Origin: Vicugna vicugna | Lineage: Eukaryota | Reading direction: 5' to 3' | Assembly: GCA_013265495.1 (NCBI GenBank) | Contig: MU058418.1 | Span: 558,001-622,000, forward strand | Length of the DNA stretch: 64,000 nt | In this document: positions 51,390 through 63,665 of the stretch, piece by piece | Layout: each line of letters starts with the position of its first letter | Numbering within the stretch: the stretch's first letter is position 1 | The notes under the pieces: model-generated | Told to the model about the DNA's origin: nothing | The model's database searches: none | What the model saw: only the letters and a program-made list of their open reading frames with translations | Translations under genes and position numbers: made by a program

Positions 51390-51950
51390 CAGCAGTGTGG
51401 TTTAGTAGATAAAGTCACCTCTCTTGGGGTTGGGCCAGCCTGGGTTCAAATCCAAGCAGTCAATTAATTACTTCACCTCCCTGCGCCTCAGTCTCTAGGT
51501 CTGAATAATAACACTGCTTTGAGGAATAGGTAAGAAAACATACGTAGAGGGTGGCAGACCCCAGGTGCCCTGGGAATGGAATTACTGTCTTATTAGAAAG
51601 GCTACCATGCCTGGGAGAAGAGCACAGGGCTGGAGTGAGGCCTGCTTGGATCTGAAAACCATCTGTGTCACTTACCAGCTATGAGTATGGAGAAGTTTTA
51701 TAACCTCTCTGTGCCTACATTTTCTCATTAAATAATTGTAGCAGCTAATATGTATTGAGCATGTAAGCAGTGTATGTAAGCAGTGTTCCAAATTTTACGT
51801 GCCCACAACAACCCTAGGGATACCATTATTAAACCCATTTTATAGATGAAGAAGTTGAGGTACAGAGGGGTTAACTGTCCTATCCAGAGTCATTGGCCTG
51901 TAAATAACAGTGCTGGGATCTGATGGCAGCCTGGTCCCAGAGTCTCCCTG
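51390..51950. mobile_element. Cluster of MIR fragments in both orientations
   Basis: CCTGGGTTCAAATCC; TAACCTCTCTGTGCCTACATTTTCTCAT; CCCATTTTATAGATGAAGAAGTTGAGGTACAGAG. Confidence 0.7.
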
Positions 51951-53094
51951 CTAAACCCCTGAGCATGTCTTCTACAGAAAAAAACGGTAGTAATAACCCC
52001 TCCTTGAGAGAGTTCTCAGGCTCCAGTGTAAACAGCAGAAGCAGAATGCCCAGGGGTACCTGGCATATATATATAGTAGGTGCTCGTTATGACAGTTATT
52101 ATGGTGGTCCCTGCAGCCGAGAACGTCTTCCCTCAATGTGTAATGAGAGGTAATGAAACACTTTCAGGCTGTCCACTTTGGACGTGAGTGAAACCATTTC
52201 AGAAATCCTCCTAAGATGTTTGGTTCCACTTCTACAAGTAAAAACTGAGACAGACATGCTCAAGGTCACAGAGTGGCGCGGCCAGGATTAGAACCTGAGT
52301 CCTCATCTGCCTTTCCCCTCAGTAGGACACAGGATACGACCAGAGCTGCTTGAGTTACACGCCCTGTGCCAAGGACCAGAGTCATATTTTTGCCACCCAC
52401 GGCATTGCTTCCTCACACCGGGCAGCTGAATTTCAGAGAGGAAATAGGTTGCACCTGAACATCTGGGGTGGCAGGGTGGAAGGGTTGCAGGAAAACAGTG
52501 ATTAGCCACACTCTTCATCTCCTTGGCTGTTTGTGGGTCAGGGCATCAGTATGCCTGCTCTTATTTTTTACAGTGAAGTTCCTATGAATATGAAGCTGCC
52601 CCCACTCTTTTTCTCCCTCCCTCTTTGTGCTAATGGGCTGGTTGTCAAGAATAAATAAAGTGTCAGACCTCTTTTCCAGACCTAACCTAAAATCGTAATT
52701 TCTATTGACCCATAGACAATAGCTACTTGCCACATAAAGCTGCTTTTTCTCTAGGTTCTTTTTTCTTTCTTTTCTTTGAACTTAGAAAGCCTATGTTCAG
52801 ATTATATAAATAAATAACAAACTCAATCTTAGTACAATAAACATCTACTTTTTTTTGTCCAAGGCAGAATTTTTGGAAGGCACATGAACCAGCATCAGCT
52901 AGTTTGTGTACTGGATAGGACCTGAATGAAAATGCAGTTGTTACTTCTTGTCGAGTAACTTCTCAGAGTCCTTGTTTGCAAAGCAAGGGAACTGCACTGT
53001 GTATGTCCCTAAGGCCCATTCCAGCTCTGACACTGTGACCACTGCTTGTCAGAGTGAGGAAGGGGAGAGGGGAAACCCAGAACAGGGGCAGGAC

Positions 53095-53360
53095 TCTGTG
53101 GAGTGGGGCATGGACTTTGGGATTGTAGGAGCTGCACTTCAACCCAACTTTGCCCCTTTCTGGCCGGTGACCTTGAGTAAGTAGGTTTCTTAACTTTCCT
53201 GGGAAAGTTTCCTCATCTGTAAAATGGGGACAGTAGTAAATAGTTCAAAACATTGTTGTTTCAATGAAATAAGAATATCAAGTATACTTGTTTTCAAGTG
53301 AAATAAATATTTACAAGTGTTCAGCACAGTATTTGACATAAAGTAAGTACTCAGTAAAAT
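53095..53360 (+). mobile_element. MIR
   Basis: GTGACCTTGAGTAAGT...AGTTTCCTCATCTGTAAAATGGGGACAGTA...AAGTACTCAGTAAA. Confidence 0.75.
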
Positions 53361-54030
53361 TGGACTTCTTTCTTTGAAAACACTGCAGCTTTCCATAATG
53401 GTAATAGAAGTGTTTGCTCCTGAAAGCCAGAGGGGATAGGGCTCCAGGCTCTTCTTCAAAATTTCTTGCAAAACATTAGCCATATCATGTAATTCTTTGT
53501 TTTATTTTTCTCTTTCGTGAGTGGACGTAGCCACTGGTTTCAGTGCATTTGTTAAAATGTGTGCTGTTAGTCGTGAATCCCTGCCTGCTTTTAGAAAAGG
53601 ACCAGAGAAACCTTGAACTCTGCTTAATTTGTTTTGCTTAAATACCCAGGTTCTCGAAAGGATTTGAGGTAGTTAAAAGGATCCCTGTCCAGGGTGAAGA
53701 TAAAGGCTTTTGCCAGTGCACAAGAGGGGGCGTCTATGGTTCAGGGTTCTTTGTTCCCCAGGAACTTTGAGAGGTCAACAAGAACTAGCAGTGGCCACTT
53801 GTATGAATAAACAGGCCTCTCTACTCATTGAACTCATAGAACCAGCTACACAAAGAAAACGAAATTTTAATTTGTAGAACAAAGAATTAAAGTTGGATTT
53901 GTCCTAGTAGGAGTCTTATACGGTTGTAATTTTTATTGATTGCAGAGTAAAATAAGAGATTTGTGAAAGAAGAAAGTTATAAAAAAGAAAATCAAGATCT
54001 TATGTTTGGTTTAATTTTTTTCTTCTTTAA

Positions 54031-54190
54031 AACTTAAAAAATTTTTATTTATATTTTATTTTTAAAATTTTGTTGTGGGGGGAGGTAATTGGGTTTATTT
54101 ATTTATTTCTTAATAGAGGTACTGGGGATGGAACACAGGACTTCGTGCATGCTAGGTACGTACTCTACCACTGAGCTATACCCTCCCCCC
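54031..54190 (-). mobile_element. tRNA-derived SINE (camelid Vic-type)
   Basis: GGGGGGAGGTAATTGGGTTTATTTATTTATT...GAGGTACTGGGGATGGAACACAGGACTTCGTGCATGCTAGG...CTGAGCTATACCCTCCCCCC. Confidence 0.9.
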
Positions 54191-54252
54191 TAGTTTTTTT
54201 TCTTTTTAAGACAGATATATATATACACATAATAATAAGACGTATCTCCGTA

Positions 54253-54253
<1 letters not shown>

Positions 54254-54289
<36 letters not shown>

Positions 54290-54290
54290 G
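54254..54290. repeat. (TG)n(TA)n microsatellite
   Basis: Read directly. Confidence 0.9.
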
Positions 54291-55650
54291 TAAGCCTTAG
54301 CTCATCAGAGCCATGGGGCAGGCAGCGCAGTGGTGATGGAATTGTAATTCAGATCAGAGCCCAGCAATGAGCTGAGCTAGCGCTTACCCTTGGCTCCACA
54401 GTCCTTTCCTCACCACGGGTTATTTCCCATAGCAATCATGCTAGAAAGGAGAAGAGGTGTTTTTAAATCATCAATTAGTGAGCTATAAGAAAAGAGGAAT
54501 CTTCCACTGAATAAATGAAAATGGTTTCCAAATTAGTAAAAGTCATTTCAAACTCTTCATGAAGCAATGGCCGATGGAGGAGGGAGGGAACCATTTTTTG
54601 GCAAAACCTCACCAAGCCTTAGCCCTGTCTGGGATGGGCCTGGTATGGAGACCACTGTCTGGCATCACACCCGAGCTTATCAGCTGGTGCAGGTGGCTCT
54701 TGTTCATTGACTGCCGGGCTCTACCCTTGTGAGTGTCCCAGAATAGCTGCGGCTACCTGAGAGGAGTCCAGTCCTCAGGGACTCACTATTGTCCCAGATA
54801 AACAGCGTGGCTGAAGCCAGCACGTAATAGCTGTATTTAATGGTGATAAGTGATGGCCGATGTGCCCGAGTGAGTGGCATCACAAGTAGGGCCTGGGGAC
54901 AGAGGCAAGCCAGCCTGGTAGCAGGCATTTCTTACCCATCCTAGGGTTGATGCCACAGGATTTTGGACTCCCAGGAATAAATATACCAGACTCCGAGAGC
55001 TGCCTTCTAGACAGATAAGACAGGATGGACCTACTGGACTTTGATTATGCTAATGACAAAGGTATTTGAGAAGACAAAGAAAAATAAAAGTTCAGAAAAT
55101 GGATTAGATTGACTGAAGCAGGCTTCCTGATAGAGGTGGGATCTTTTGCCTCCAAGGGACCGTCCTGGAAATGTTAGGATGTGGAATAAGCCATTTTCTC
55201 TGGATACACATTTACTTCTGGGAGTGGTTATCTGGAAACTATAAAATTTCCTTTTAAGCGCAACCAGCATACGTCTTAGGCTATAAAGGCCGAAGGAGGA
55301 AGGGTGAGAATGACCGAATGTTGACAGTATCAACATTGAAAGGATTTACTAGTACTCAGGCCTATTTTTGGTCTCTGTAATTCTCTGAAAATTCTCATGT
55401 GATAAAGGAGGAGAAGTAACTCAATTACATTCTTAGCAGTGCTTACCTGATGAAAAGTGCCATTGGACAGTGGCTCACTCAGTGCACTTGGTGTGCAGTC
55501 GTGATTCCATGAGGAAGATACTTCATTCTTTTGGCCAAAGGGGCAGTTGCACCTGGAGTTCTGAGGGCACCTGGCCATACATGCCTGCTGGAGATCATGC
55601 ACTGTGGAGCTGGTCTTCATACACGATACATACATGGTACACGAGAAGGG

Positions 55651-55651
<1 letters not shown>

Positions 55652-55696
<45 letters not shown>
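55652..55696. repeat. (TG)n(AG)n microsatellite
   Basis: Read directly. Confidence 0.9.
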
Positions 55697-55840
55697 AAGA
55701 TGTTCCACACAGTGGGGCCCTGGGGCCCTACCTGACAAACTCCAATTCAGAGGAAAACCCAAATGTGAGGTACAAGTAGAGCCACTTTCCCAGAACCTTC
55801 TGTGTTAAGGGACACTCCACAGAGCTCTGCTAGAGGTGAG

Positions 55841-55842
<2 letters not shown>

Positions 55843-55875
<33 letters not shown>
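55843..55875. repeat. (TG)n microsatellite
   Basis: Read directly. Confidence 0.9.
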
Positions 55876-55877
<2 letters not shown>

Positions 55878-56132
55878 AGTAGAAAGGAGACTCTTTCCAA
55901 AACTTGGGACTTAAGGGTCCAGAAATTAATAGTCTTTATTGTACACCGATAATAAGACATGTTTTCATATTTGATGCTGGTTTTGGTCCAAAGATCTTAC
56001 AATCACAGAATATGAGAGATGGAAGATGTAATAGAAAATCTCACCCAGGCCTTCATTTCACAGAGGAAGACTCCAGGCTTGGGAAGGTTATGGACTAGGT
56101 CCAGGATCACACAGCTACTTAGGGTTCATGCT

Positions 56133-56136
56133 TTTG

Positions 56137-56175
<39 letters not shown>

Positions 56176-56302
56176 TTTGGGGTGGGGGAAGTATGTTTAT
56201 TTATTTATTTATTTATTTACTCTTGGATATACTACTGGGGATTGAACCAGGACCTCATTGCATGCTAAGCATGTGCTCTACCACTGAGCTATACTCTCCC
56301 CC
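56133..56302 (-). mobile_element. tRNA-derived SINE (camelid Vic-type) with (GCT)9 in its tail, next to or within a MIR
   Basis: TACTGGGGATTGAACCAGGACCTCATTGCATGCTAAGCATGTGCTCTACCACTGAGCTATACTCTCCCCC. Near-TSD GGTTCATGCT/GGTTCACGCT. Confidence 0.88.
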
Positions 56303-57534
56303 ACGACTGGTTCACGCTGACTGTTAAACTGCATCTTCGTCTCACTCATTGTATTAATTCCCCCTTTACTCAGATCAAGAAGTTTAGACGGAGAGAACAG
56401 GTTGTTCCATAAGACACCTCTGCTTGGCAGGGGCTGAGCCGGAACTTCCTGCCATGATCACTTTTTAAAAGCCCAAGCTCACTTCCTCCCCACTCTTGAG
56501 TTTCATACCTTGCAAATCAATAACTCTCAGGAAAGCGACGCCCCAGCTTGGTTCTTCATTTGCAATGATTCCAGAGTCTATTTCTGTGTCACCTACCAGG
56601 GGGCTGCCTGAACTAGCCAAAGCCAGAAGGACAAACAGAGATACCCTTCCTCCCACCCCCTCCTCAAATGTTACGGCAGAGAGGGACCTGCACTGCCACC
56701 ATCTGGCCTTGATGGGTGTCCCAGACGCGGCGAGTGTGCGGTGAGAGGGAAGGAAAGGGCACGGAAGTCTGCTCTGACATCCTCTTCAAATACGCTTGGT
56801 GTGAGGAGGCTTTCCAAGCAGCAGGAGTGGGGCTGCAAAAAATAGAGTGTGGTGCAGCTGCACCCTTTAGAACTTTGGGGGAAAACACATATTATTTACC
56901 AGACAATAATAGATACCAAAGAATAATAATGATTATTATAGCGTTGGGGGTGGCAAACGCCGTAGTTAAGGTTCCAGAATGGTTCTCATTATAATCCTGT
57001 TTTCTGAGTCCCTTTTGAAAGCCTTGAGATTTTCTGCAAGAAGGCTGAGGCTGTCCATGTTTGGCCTTTGTCCAAAGGTGATTTCAATACAAGGAAATTT
57101 ACTTGAAAAAGATTCCTCTTTTCGGTGATGATGGGGTTCATGACTGCATTAAAGAAAAAAGCTGTATCCTTGAAAAAGCAGTTGCAGAATTCTTAAGTAA
57201 TTAAAAATTGGGGTGCTTCCCAGTCACTGGAAGAAAGCATTAAACACCTTTTTTTTTTCTTTCCCTTTTTAAAGAAAGGATTCAGAGGTCCCCTCTGACT
57301 ACAAGATTTGGTCACTCTTGGTCCCAAGCCCAGAGGTGGAAATGGTTTCCCTCCCACCATAGAAAGTTCCAGGCTGTGCTTCCTAAACAGAAAAGAGTCA
57401 CCCCCAGAAGAAACTACATTGTGTCTTTGGATCCATTTGTCATTTCAGAGGTCCCTTCCCAATTCTTTGTGACCTTTCATTTGATGATGGCTCTTGGTGT
57501 TTTGTTTTTATACCTCTTCTCATCATTGTCTCCT

Positions 57535-57750
57535 AGAAAGGAAAGAAGGAAGGAAGGAAGGTGGGCTGGAAGGAAGTAAGGAAGAAGGGAAGGAAGGGAG
57601 GGAGGAAGCAAGGAGCAAAGAGAGAAAGAAAGAAAAAGGAAAGGAAAGAAAAGAAAAGAAAAAAGAAAGAAAGAAAAAGGAAAGAAAAGAAAAGAAAAAA
57701 GAAAGAAAGAGGAAAGACAGAAAGAAAAGAAAGAAAGGAAAGGAAAGAAA
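57535..57750 (+). repeat. GA-rich polypurine low-complexity tract (GGAA/GAAA/GAAAA)
   Basis: About 216 nt, almost entirely A/G. Confidence 0.92.
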
Positions 57751-60706
57751 CTCAAGTGAGCTCTTTATTCAGAGATAAATACCCACATTTCCAGATCTGA
57801 CCATGCCAAATGAAAAGGTTTCCATGGCCTTGTAATTCCACTCCCAATGCATATTTGTGGTGGTTTGCATTTTCACTTTGGTTATTTAATATACATATTA
57901 AATGCACACAGATCTGGTGATTTAATGTGATCTGGGGAACCCAGGCATTTCCTGTCGTGCACATTCAGATTTTCAAACCTTGTTTTTGGCTGATTGTTAT
58001 TATCGTTGCCATTAACACCAGGATTTGGACAGCAGGGTTCAAAGCACAAGCTTGTACTTAGTCCTCCCCATGGACATTTTGACCTCCTCACACTTGTGCT
58101 AAATTCATGCTGCAGACACTCTGAGCAAGTTTCCAGGTCTCTTTGTGGCCTCCATTTCTTCATCTAAAAATGAGGAAATTGTGTATATTATCTCTGGGGT
58201 CTCTTCAAGTTCTACATTCTATCACCTGAAATTATTTGTTCATTGTTCTAGGAATAATCTCAACAGTTGTAAAGATATTTGAGAAGCCCTCTGTTACCAC
58301 CTTCTGTTAGCCCAATTTGACCCATTCACATTTCTGACATCCCCATTTATTGGCAGGAGGAAAAGGTACTGTTTTGGGACATGGGGGACAAGAGCTGTTT
58401 GACTCTCATTCATTTGACAAATGTGTGTTGAGCTGAACTGGGGTTCAAGTGTAGGGACGTGAGCAAAACAAAGCAACAGACCTCAGGGACTTCACAGTTT
58501 AGTTGGCAACTTCTGAATGGCTGCTTCCTGGGGGTGACAGAGTATCCTCAGGAGACTGGTAGCCAGTGAAATAAGCCAGTAGGGCTAGAGAGGCAGAGCC
58601 TAACGTCTGTGATGAAAGTTGGGATGCGCACTCCCCAGAAACCGACTTTCCTGGTGAACAGTCCTGTTCAGACCCTCTGCCCTAAGATCTCAGTCCCAAG
58701 CTTGGCTTGGATGTGAAGAGATGTGAGTGGCTCACCTTTGTCAGGCAAGACTCACAGAGAGGGGGCCCTTCTTCCAGCTCCGTCGTCCCATAGGAAACCT
58801 TGGAGGAGAGGTCTTTGTGTCCCAGTAATTTTTCTTGTGCTAAAAAGTCAATCTCATAGCCTTCCTCCTTTGCAGCAAACACTGGGGCTGTTAAAAAGAG
58901 TACGGGGGTGAGGTCTGCAGCACCAGGGTACCCCAGTGACCTTGCCTGGCTTTGGGGTGACCTTGGGCAACTCCAAAGACCTCCTGCCAGTTAAGCATGT
59001 GGTAACGAGGAGAGTGTAAGTTGCTGGGTGGCAAAGGATGCTGTTGCGGTCTCTGGGAGAGGGCAGGGTGCGCCCTGCTCATTATGGTATTCCAAAAAGT
59101 GACTCGCGTTTCATTTCCTCACACACACGAAGCTGGCAGCATTGGCCCCGTGCAGAACTGTGAATGAAAGTTGTGTGGAAACCAGGCTGTGCTGCCTCGG
59201 GTCTTAAGTCTGACCTAATGGCTAGAGAGCGTGCTGCTCTGACTCAGGCCTGGGGCCTCCCCAGCTTGTGGGTGGGGGGTGGCTTGGTCTAGTGGATTCT
59301 AACAAGAGCCCTTCTCTTTTTCTAGGAACGCTCGCTCACAGGGTACCTTGCATGGAGAGACGGCGCAGAGCAAACCATGTCTCGCCATCCAGTGACACCA
59401 GCTGGTCAGCTCACCACCCCCTCTGGCTAAAACTCAAGCAAATAAAGCCGCTTCCTGTCATTAAGCGTCTCTGAGGAAGCAGCCCTCCCTCGGTGGCCTC
59501 TAGCCCAGAGAAGCCAGCACGTCTTGGACCCACCAAGCGGGCGCAGCCTTCCTGCTGCCACCACCTTGGCTTCTCCCCAGAGGAGAACTTAGGGATTTTG
59601 CCCCTGGTTTTCAAAAAAAAAAAAAAAACACAACAACAACAAATCACCAACAAGCCACAAGGACCAATGTAGGTATTCCCTCCGCCCCATCTTCAAGGCT
59701 CAGAGGGTGAGGCTGGAAGATGATACGGATTTGAAAACAAAAACTGTTTTTTAAAATCTTTTTAAAAACTGCTGTGGTTTTGCTGCTACACGAAGAAGTG
59801 TGATTTGCATTGTACGGTTTTGGACGTTTACTGTTCACGTTTTGACGGCGGAGAGGGATCGTACTGGAGTCCCACCACTTCAGATTCATCTCTGTCCTGC
59901 CCAGGATGCACTTTTAAATGAAGAGTTAGAATATTTTATTGGCTAATATACTTTTCTTGTTATTTTTACAAAGGCCACCTTTATCCTTTTTAATGCCATA
60001 TTTTCAGTGTTACACTTTTATGGCTTTTAATTTTCGATTTGACAGATGTAAGAAGCAGCATGAATAGTTTATACTGTGGTTTTTCAGAGACTGAATGCCA
60101 AGAGAACTCGGTAAATGTTTATTCTTCTCAGCTTTCTCTTTAAATTCCCCTAAATAGTGCCCCATTTGGGAACAGAGTAAGAGTGTTGAACTGAAGACCA
60201 AAATGCCCTCAAGGTGTAAAATAATCCGAGGGGGAATATTTGCTGGGCGTCACGAAAGACTTGGATGAAATTTCAACCCTGATGGTTTTCGGTGATCCAG
60301 GAAGTCAGTGAAGCAATCTCTCTATACGCAGAGTCCTTTCATGATAATTAGAATGGTATGGACAAACCAATGAAAGCAGGAGGCAAAGTGAGAAAGCTCA
60401 CCCGTGATTCTGTTTCACTGTTTGCTTTCTCCTGTCATGGTTAAGAGAAATGTGCAATTCGATCCTCAATCAGTGGGTGGAGGATAACAGGGTAGATTTT
60501 CTTGTGTGCACTTGTACAGTTGTAGCTGCGAGTCCAGAAGTCCTCTAGAGCATGTGTACTGGCACTGAGTTGGTGAGACAGTCGTGGAGTATCCCATTCT
60601 GATGAGTACAGGAAAAAAAAAAGAGAATAAGAAAATCCCCAAAAAAGAAGAAAACTAAAAAAAAATCAAATCACCTTGTGATTCAGTGTATCTGTTTACT
60701 AACTCC

Positions 60707-60712
60707 AATAAA
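60707..60712 (+). terminator. Possible proximal poly(A) signal (AATAAA)
   Basis: Hexamer with an upstream TGTA. The downstream U/GU element is weak. Confidence 0.3.
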
Positions 60713-61231
60713 GCAATTGTTCCCTCTGGAGGGGTCCAGGTACCCCCGCCCACGAGGCCGTGGAGCCGGTGGCAGGAGGGGGGCGGCCGGGCGGGCGAGG
60801 CCGGGGCGGTGCCACGCTGGCCTTGAAGCACCACGGGGCCCGTGGATGCGGTGTACATACTGTATTTCTATATTCTCCTTTGTACAGAGTCACTTAACAA
60901 GTCAAGCTACTGTTTTACAGGTGCTCCTTATTTATTAGAGCTGTGAGAGCTTGGGGGACACACCTGGCGAGCGAGCTCGCTTTTTAAAAATGAAATTGGG
61001 GGGCAGGGGACAGGGAGGCGGGAGGGAGGGGAAGCTCGCGAGCCTGGGGAGAGATTTATAAAAGTGAACAAAAGGAAAACTTCCAGCAACCAATTAAACA
61101 AGCCATCCAGCCCTCCCACACCATACCCGCCCAAGCCAGGCGCGGCAGCCCCCACCTCTGGGTGCCCAGTTCCCTGCGGGGCCCCCAACGTTCTCCTCTC
61201 TCCCTGACTGGTGTCCGATTCATCAAACAAA

Positions 61232-61237
61232 AATAAA
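61232..61237 (+). terminator. Probable main poly(A) signal (AATAAA)
   Basis: AATAAA followed about 25-75 nt later by TGTGCTTATTTTGCTTTT and TATTGTTGTTATTTT downstream-element-like tracts. Confidence 0.6.
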
Positions 61238-62399
61238 TCTCTCAGAAAGAAAAATGCACTTACATGTGCTTATTTTGCTTTTCTCATTATTATGACTATT
61301 GTTGTTATTTTCCTTGTTACAGAAGGTGTTCACTTCTTCCCTCCAGGGAAAAATATTTTTTAAATAAAGCTAATAAGTCTTATAAGATGTTGCGATAGGA
61401 GGGTGACCCTAGCCCTTCCCAAGCTAATTCTCTGCAAACGAGAGCCCACCTGGTCCGTTTGAAGGTCTGCTGCCCACCACCCGGTTCTTGACAACACGCA
61501 GTGCGCATAGAGGAGCTCTTGGGGCTGTAGACTGCGGTGCCCCTTCCCAGGTGCTCTCTAAGTCCTGGTCTTTTTTGGCTCCAAGGGTCTGGGTCTAAGG
61601 CTTAAGAAGCATCATGCAGTGAAAGCAAACCTCCCTGGGAGACTCTGCTCCCATCAGTACCTCATCTCACCTGTGGGTGTGTGTAGGGAGATGGGGGTGA
61701 TTATGTGGATGGGAGGGGTCAATCCAGTTTTGCTTTGGTACCTGAATTAAACATCAGAAAGTTTCTAAGATGGAAAGAGCACTGATACCTAGTTCTAGTC
61801 AATATTAACATACCCTAATCCTCTTGTTCTGCATATGAAAAATCTGAAGCTGGAAAGGTGAACTGACCTGTTTAGATCCCACGCTGAGCTGGTTTAGCTC
61901 ATCAAAACACAAATGTTCATTAAAAATTTAGGCACCATCAGCAATCTCCTCTAAATAACCATCCTAGCAGTGGATTCTGGCCACTGGGTTTCTTTCTCTC
62001 GTGGAGCCTGAGGGATCTTGGAGGTTCCTGGTGTGAGTTATGGGTATGACTCCATCAGAACTCCTCAGCCCAGCCAAGGATGTGCCAAGCCAGCAACCCG
62101 CTGGGGCTGTCTGGTGCAAAGTCCCTGATAGCGTTACTCATCTGGATTTGGCCGTAGACACAGTCATCCAGGATATTGATTTTGCTTCTGTCTGTAGTCC
62201 AAGATCATCCAGCAAACACACTGACCCTTCAGGAAACAAAAGGTCCGTTTGTTCCAATATGAAAAGATTCCACGGCATCTCATTAGACAGCACACCTTTT
62301 CCTCCTTCTCTTAATCTTAGTGTTCCCCGAATACAGAATCCTGATGGGCTATCAAAGCCATATTCAGAGAAATAGAAATAATGCCAACAATTATGGACA

Positions 62400-62535
62400 T
62401 CAGCCTCATCGAGTCTTCACAGTAACTGTGAGATGTTTTCCCTTTATTGCATATGAAGAACTGGCAACTCGGTGAGTTTAGTAATTGCCCAAGTTCACAC
62501 AGCCAGTGAGTACAGATGGGAGTCAAACCCAGGCC
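62400..62535 (-). mobile_element. MIR
   Basis: ATGAAGAACTGGCAACTCGGTGAGTTTAGTAATTGCCCAAGTTCACACAGCCAGTGAG...CAAACCCAGG. Confidence 0.65.
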
Positions 62536-63149
62536 ACACGTCCAATCTGGAGAAAAACTGTTGACATCTTCCTGACTTACTATTTTGACTTCCTGTAAGT
62601 TTGTGGCAGTGATTCAGTTTTGTTCCAAAGTGGCCCTCGTATTAGACTAAGCTAGAGAGTGGAGTGTTTGTGGCTACTGGCCTCCGCACCTTGTTGGCTG
62701 TGGGGAAGTGCTGAGGCCACTCCGCTTTCTGAGACATTAGGCAGTGAATTCCCTGCTGATTATCAAAGCCCCACCCAACACAAGGCCCCATGTGTGATGC
62801 CGAGGGGAGACCTGGAAAGAATAAAGCTCACAGCCCCGCTCCAGTGGCTTCCATGAAGTGGGAAGATGGGGCTGTGAAGAAGGGCTGCTTCTTGGTCTCA
62901 GCACGATCTCTCCTGTAAGTTTCCAAGGTTTATGAAAAATCACATCTGGAGCCTGGATTCACAGCTTTGCAAAGCCACCCTCTTTTTGCAGGTGCTCCCT
63001 TGACACTGGAAAAGCAGCTTGAGCTGCAAGCAGGGCTATGGATTGCAGTTTGTGCTGCTCACATGGCACAGCCAAGGGCCGGGGCTGGGACAGGCGCACA
63101 GGCACAGAAGACTCACACTGACTCCCTCCCCACCGGCTCCTCCTCTACC

Positions 63150-63665
63150 CTGAACTTCGCCTTAGGTTCCCTCACCAGTTTCAACAGGGACCCACCTGGG
63201 GACATGCTTCGTTGGTTCCCCGTGGCCTACAGGGTGGCATGCAAAGCCCTCTGGGCTTCTGCTGGACTTTACAGCCCCACCTGCTCCCTGCCCCCAGCCT
63301 CACTTGCACGCCACCTGCTGAATTAGGAGCTGTTTCCTCTCTAGCCCTCCTATGTCTTTGCACAGGAAGCTGCCTCTGCCTTGAAGGTCTTTCCCGGTAT
63401 TCTGGGCGACTTCTGCTGACCATCGAGACTCAGCCAACTAGTCAGTTACACTCTCCTGGGGAGCTTGCAGGCACTACCTCCTCCCGCCCTGCCCACGCCC
63501 CTCCTTGCCCACCTCCATCCTGGTGCACATCACACTCCCAGCTGCTCACCTGGCCATGATCTCTGCAAAGTCCTTGAGGATGGGGACCCTGTCTTATTTG
63601 CCTCATATCTCCTAGACCCAGCACTTGGAAAGCCCTCCTTATTACTATGATGTTGAATACAATTA
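63150..63665 (+). mobile_element. L2 fragment
   Basis: Pyrimidine-rich L2-like body ending TCCTTGAGGATGGGGACCCTGTCTTATTTG...CCCAGCAC...TGTTGAATA. Confidence 0.55.

Larger units (their letters stand above)
41168..59325 (+). other. SOBP: SOBP 3'-UTR intron (18,158 nt)
   Basis: Donor AAG|GTTTGT 3 nt after TAA. Branch-like TTCTAAC at 59297-59303, then CCCTTCTCTTTTTCTAG acceptor ending at 59325. Consistent with my recollection that the last SOBP exon is non-coding. Confidence 0.75.
59326..61260 (+). other. SOBP: SOBP terminal non-coding exon (3' UTR); 3' end approximate
   Basis: Strong acceptor upstream. About 1.9 kb with no recognisable transposons and UTR-like U-rich and TGTA elements. AATAAA at 61232-61237 is followed by U/GU-rich sequence. 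Confidence 0.72.

Noticed and set aside
51761..51786. 13-bp tandem duplication ATGTAAGCAGTGT x2
   Set aside because: An ordinary slippage duplication inside a MIR fragment.
57477..57800. Lys/Arg/Glu-rich and Phe/Ser-rich ORFs
   Set aside because: These are translations of the GA-rich simple repeat.
59441..59446. AATAAA early in the last exon (another lies at 61363-61368)
   Set aside because: The 59441 hexamer has no clear U/GU-rich downstream element. Neither can be supported as a used site from sequence alone.
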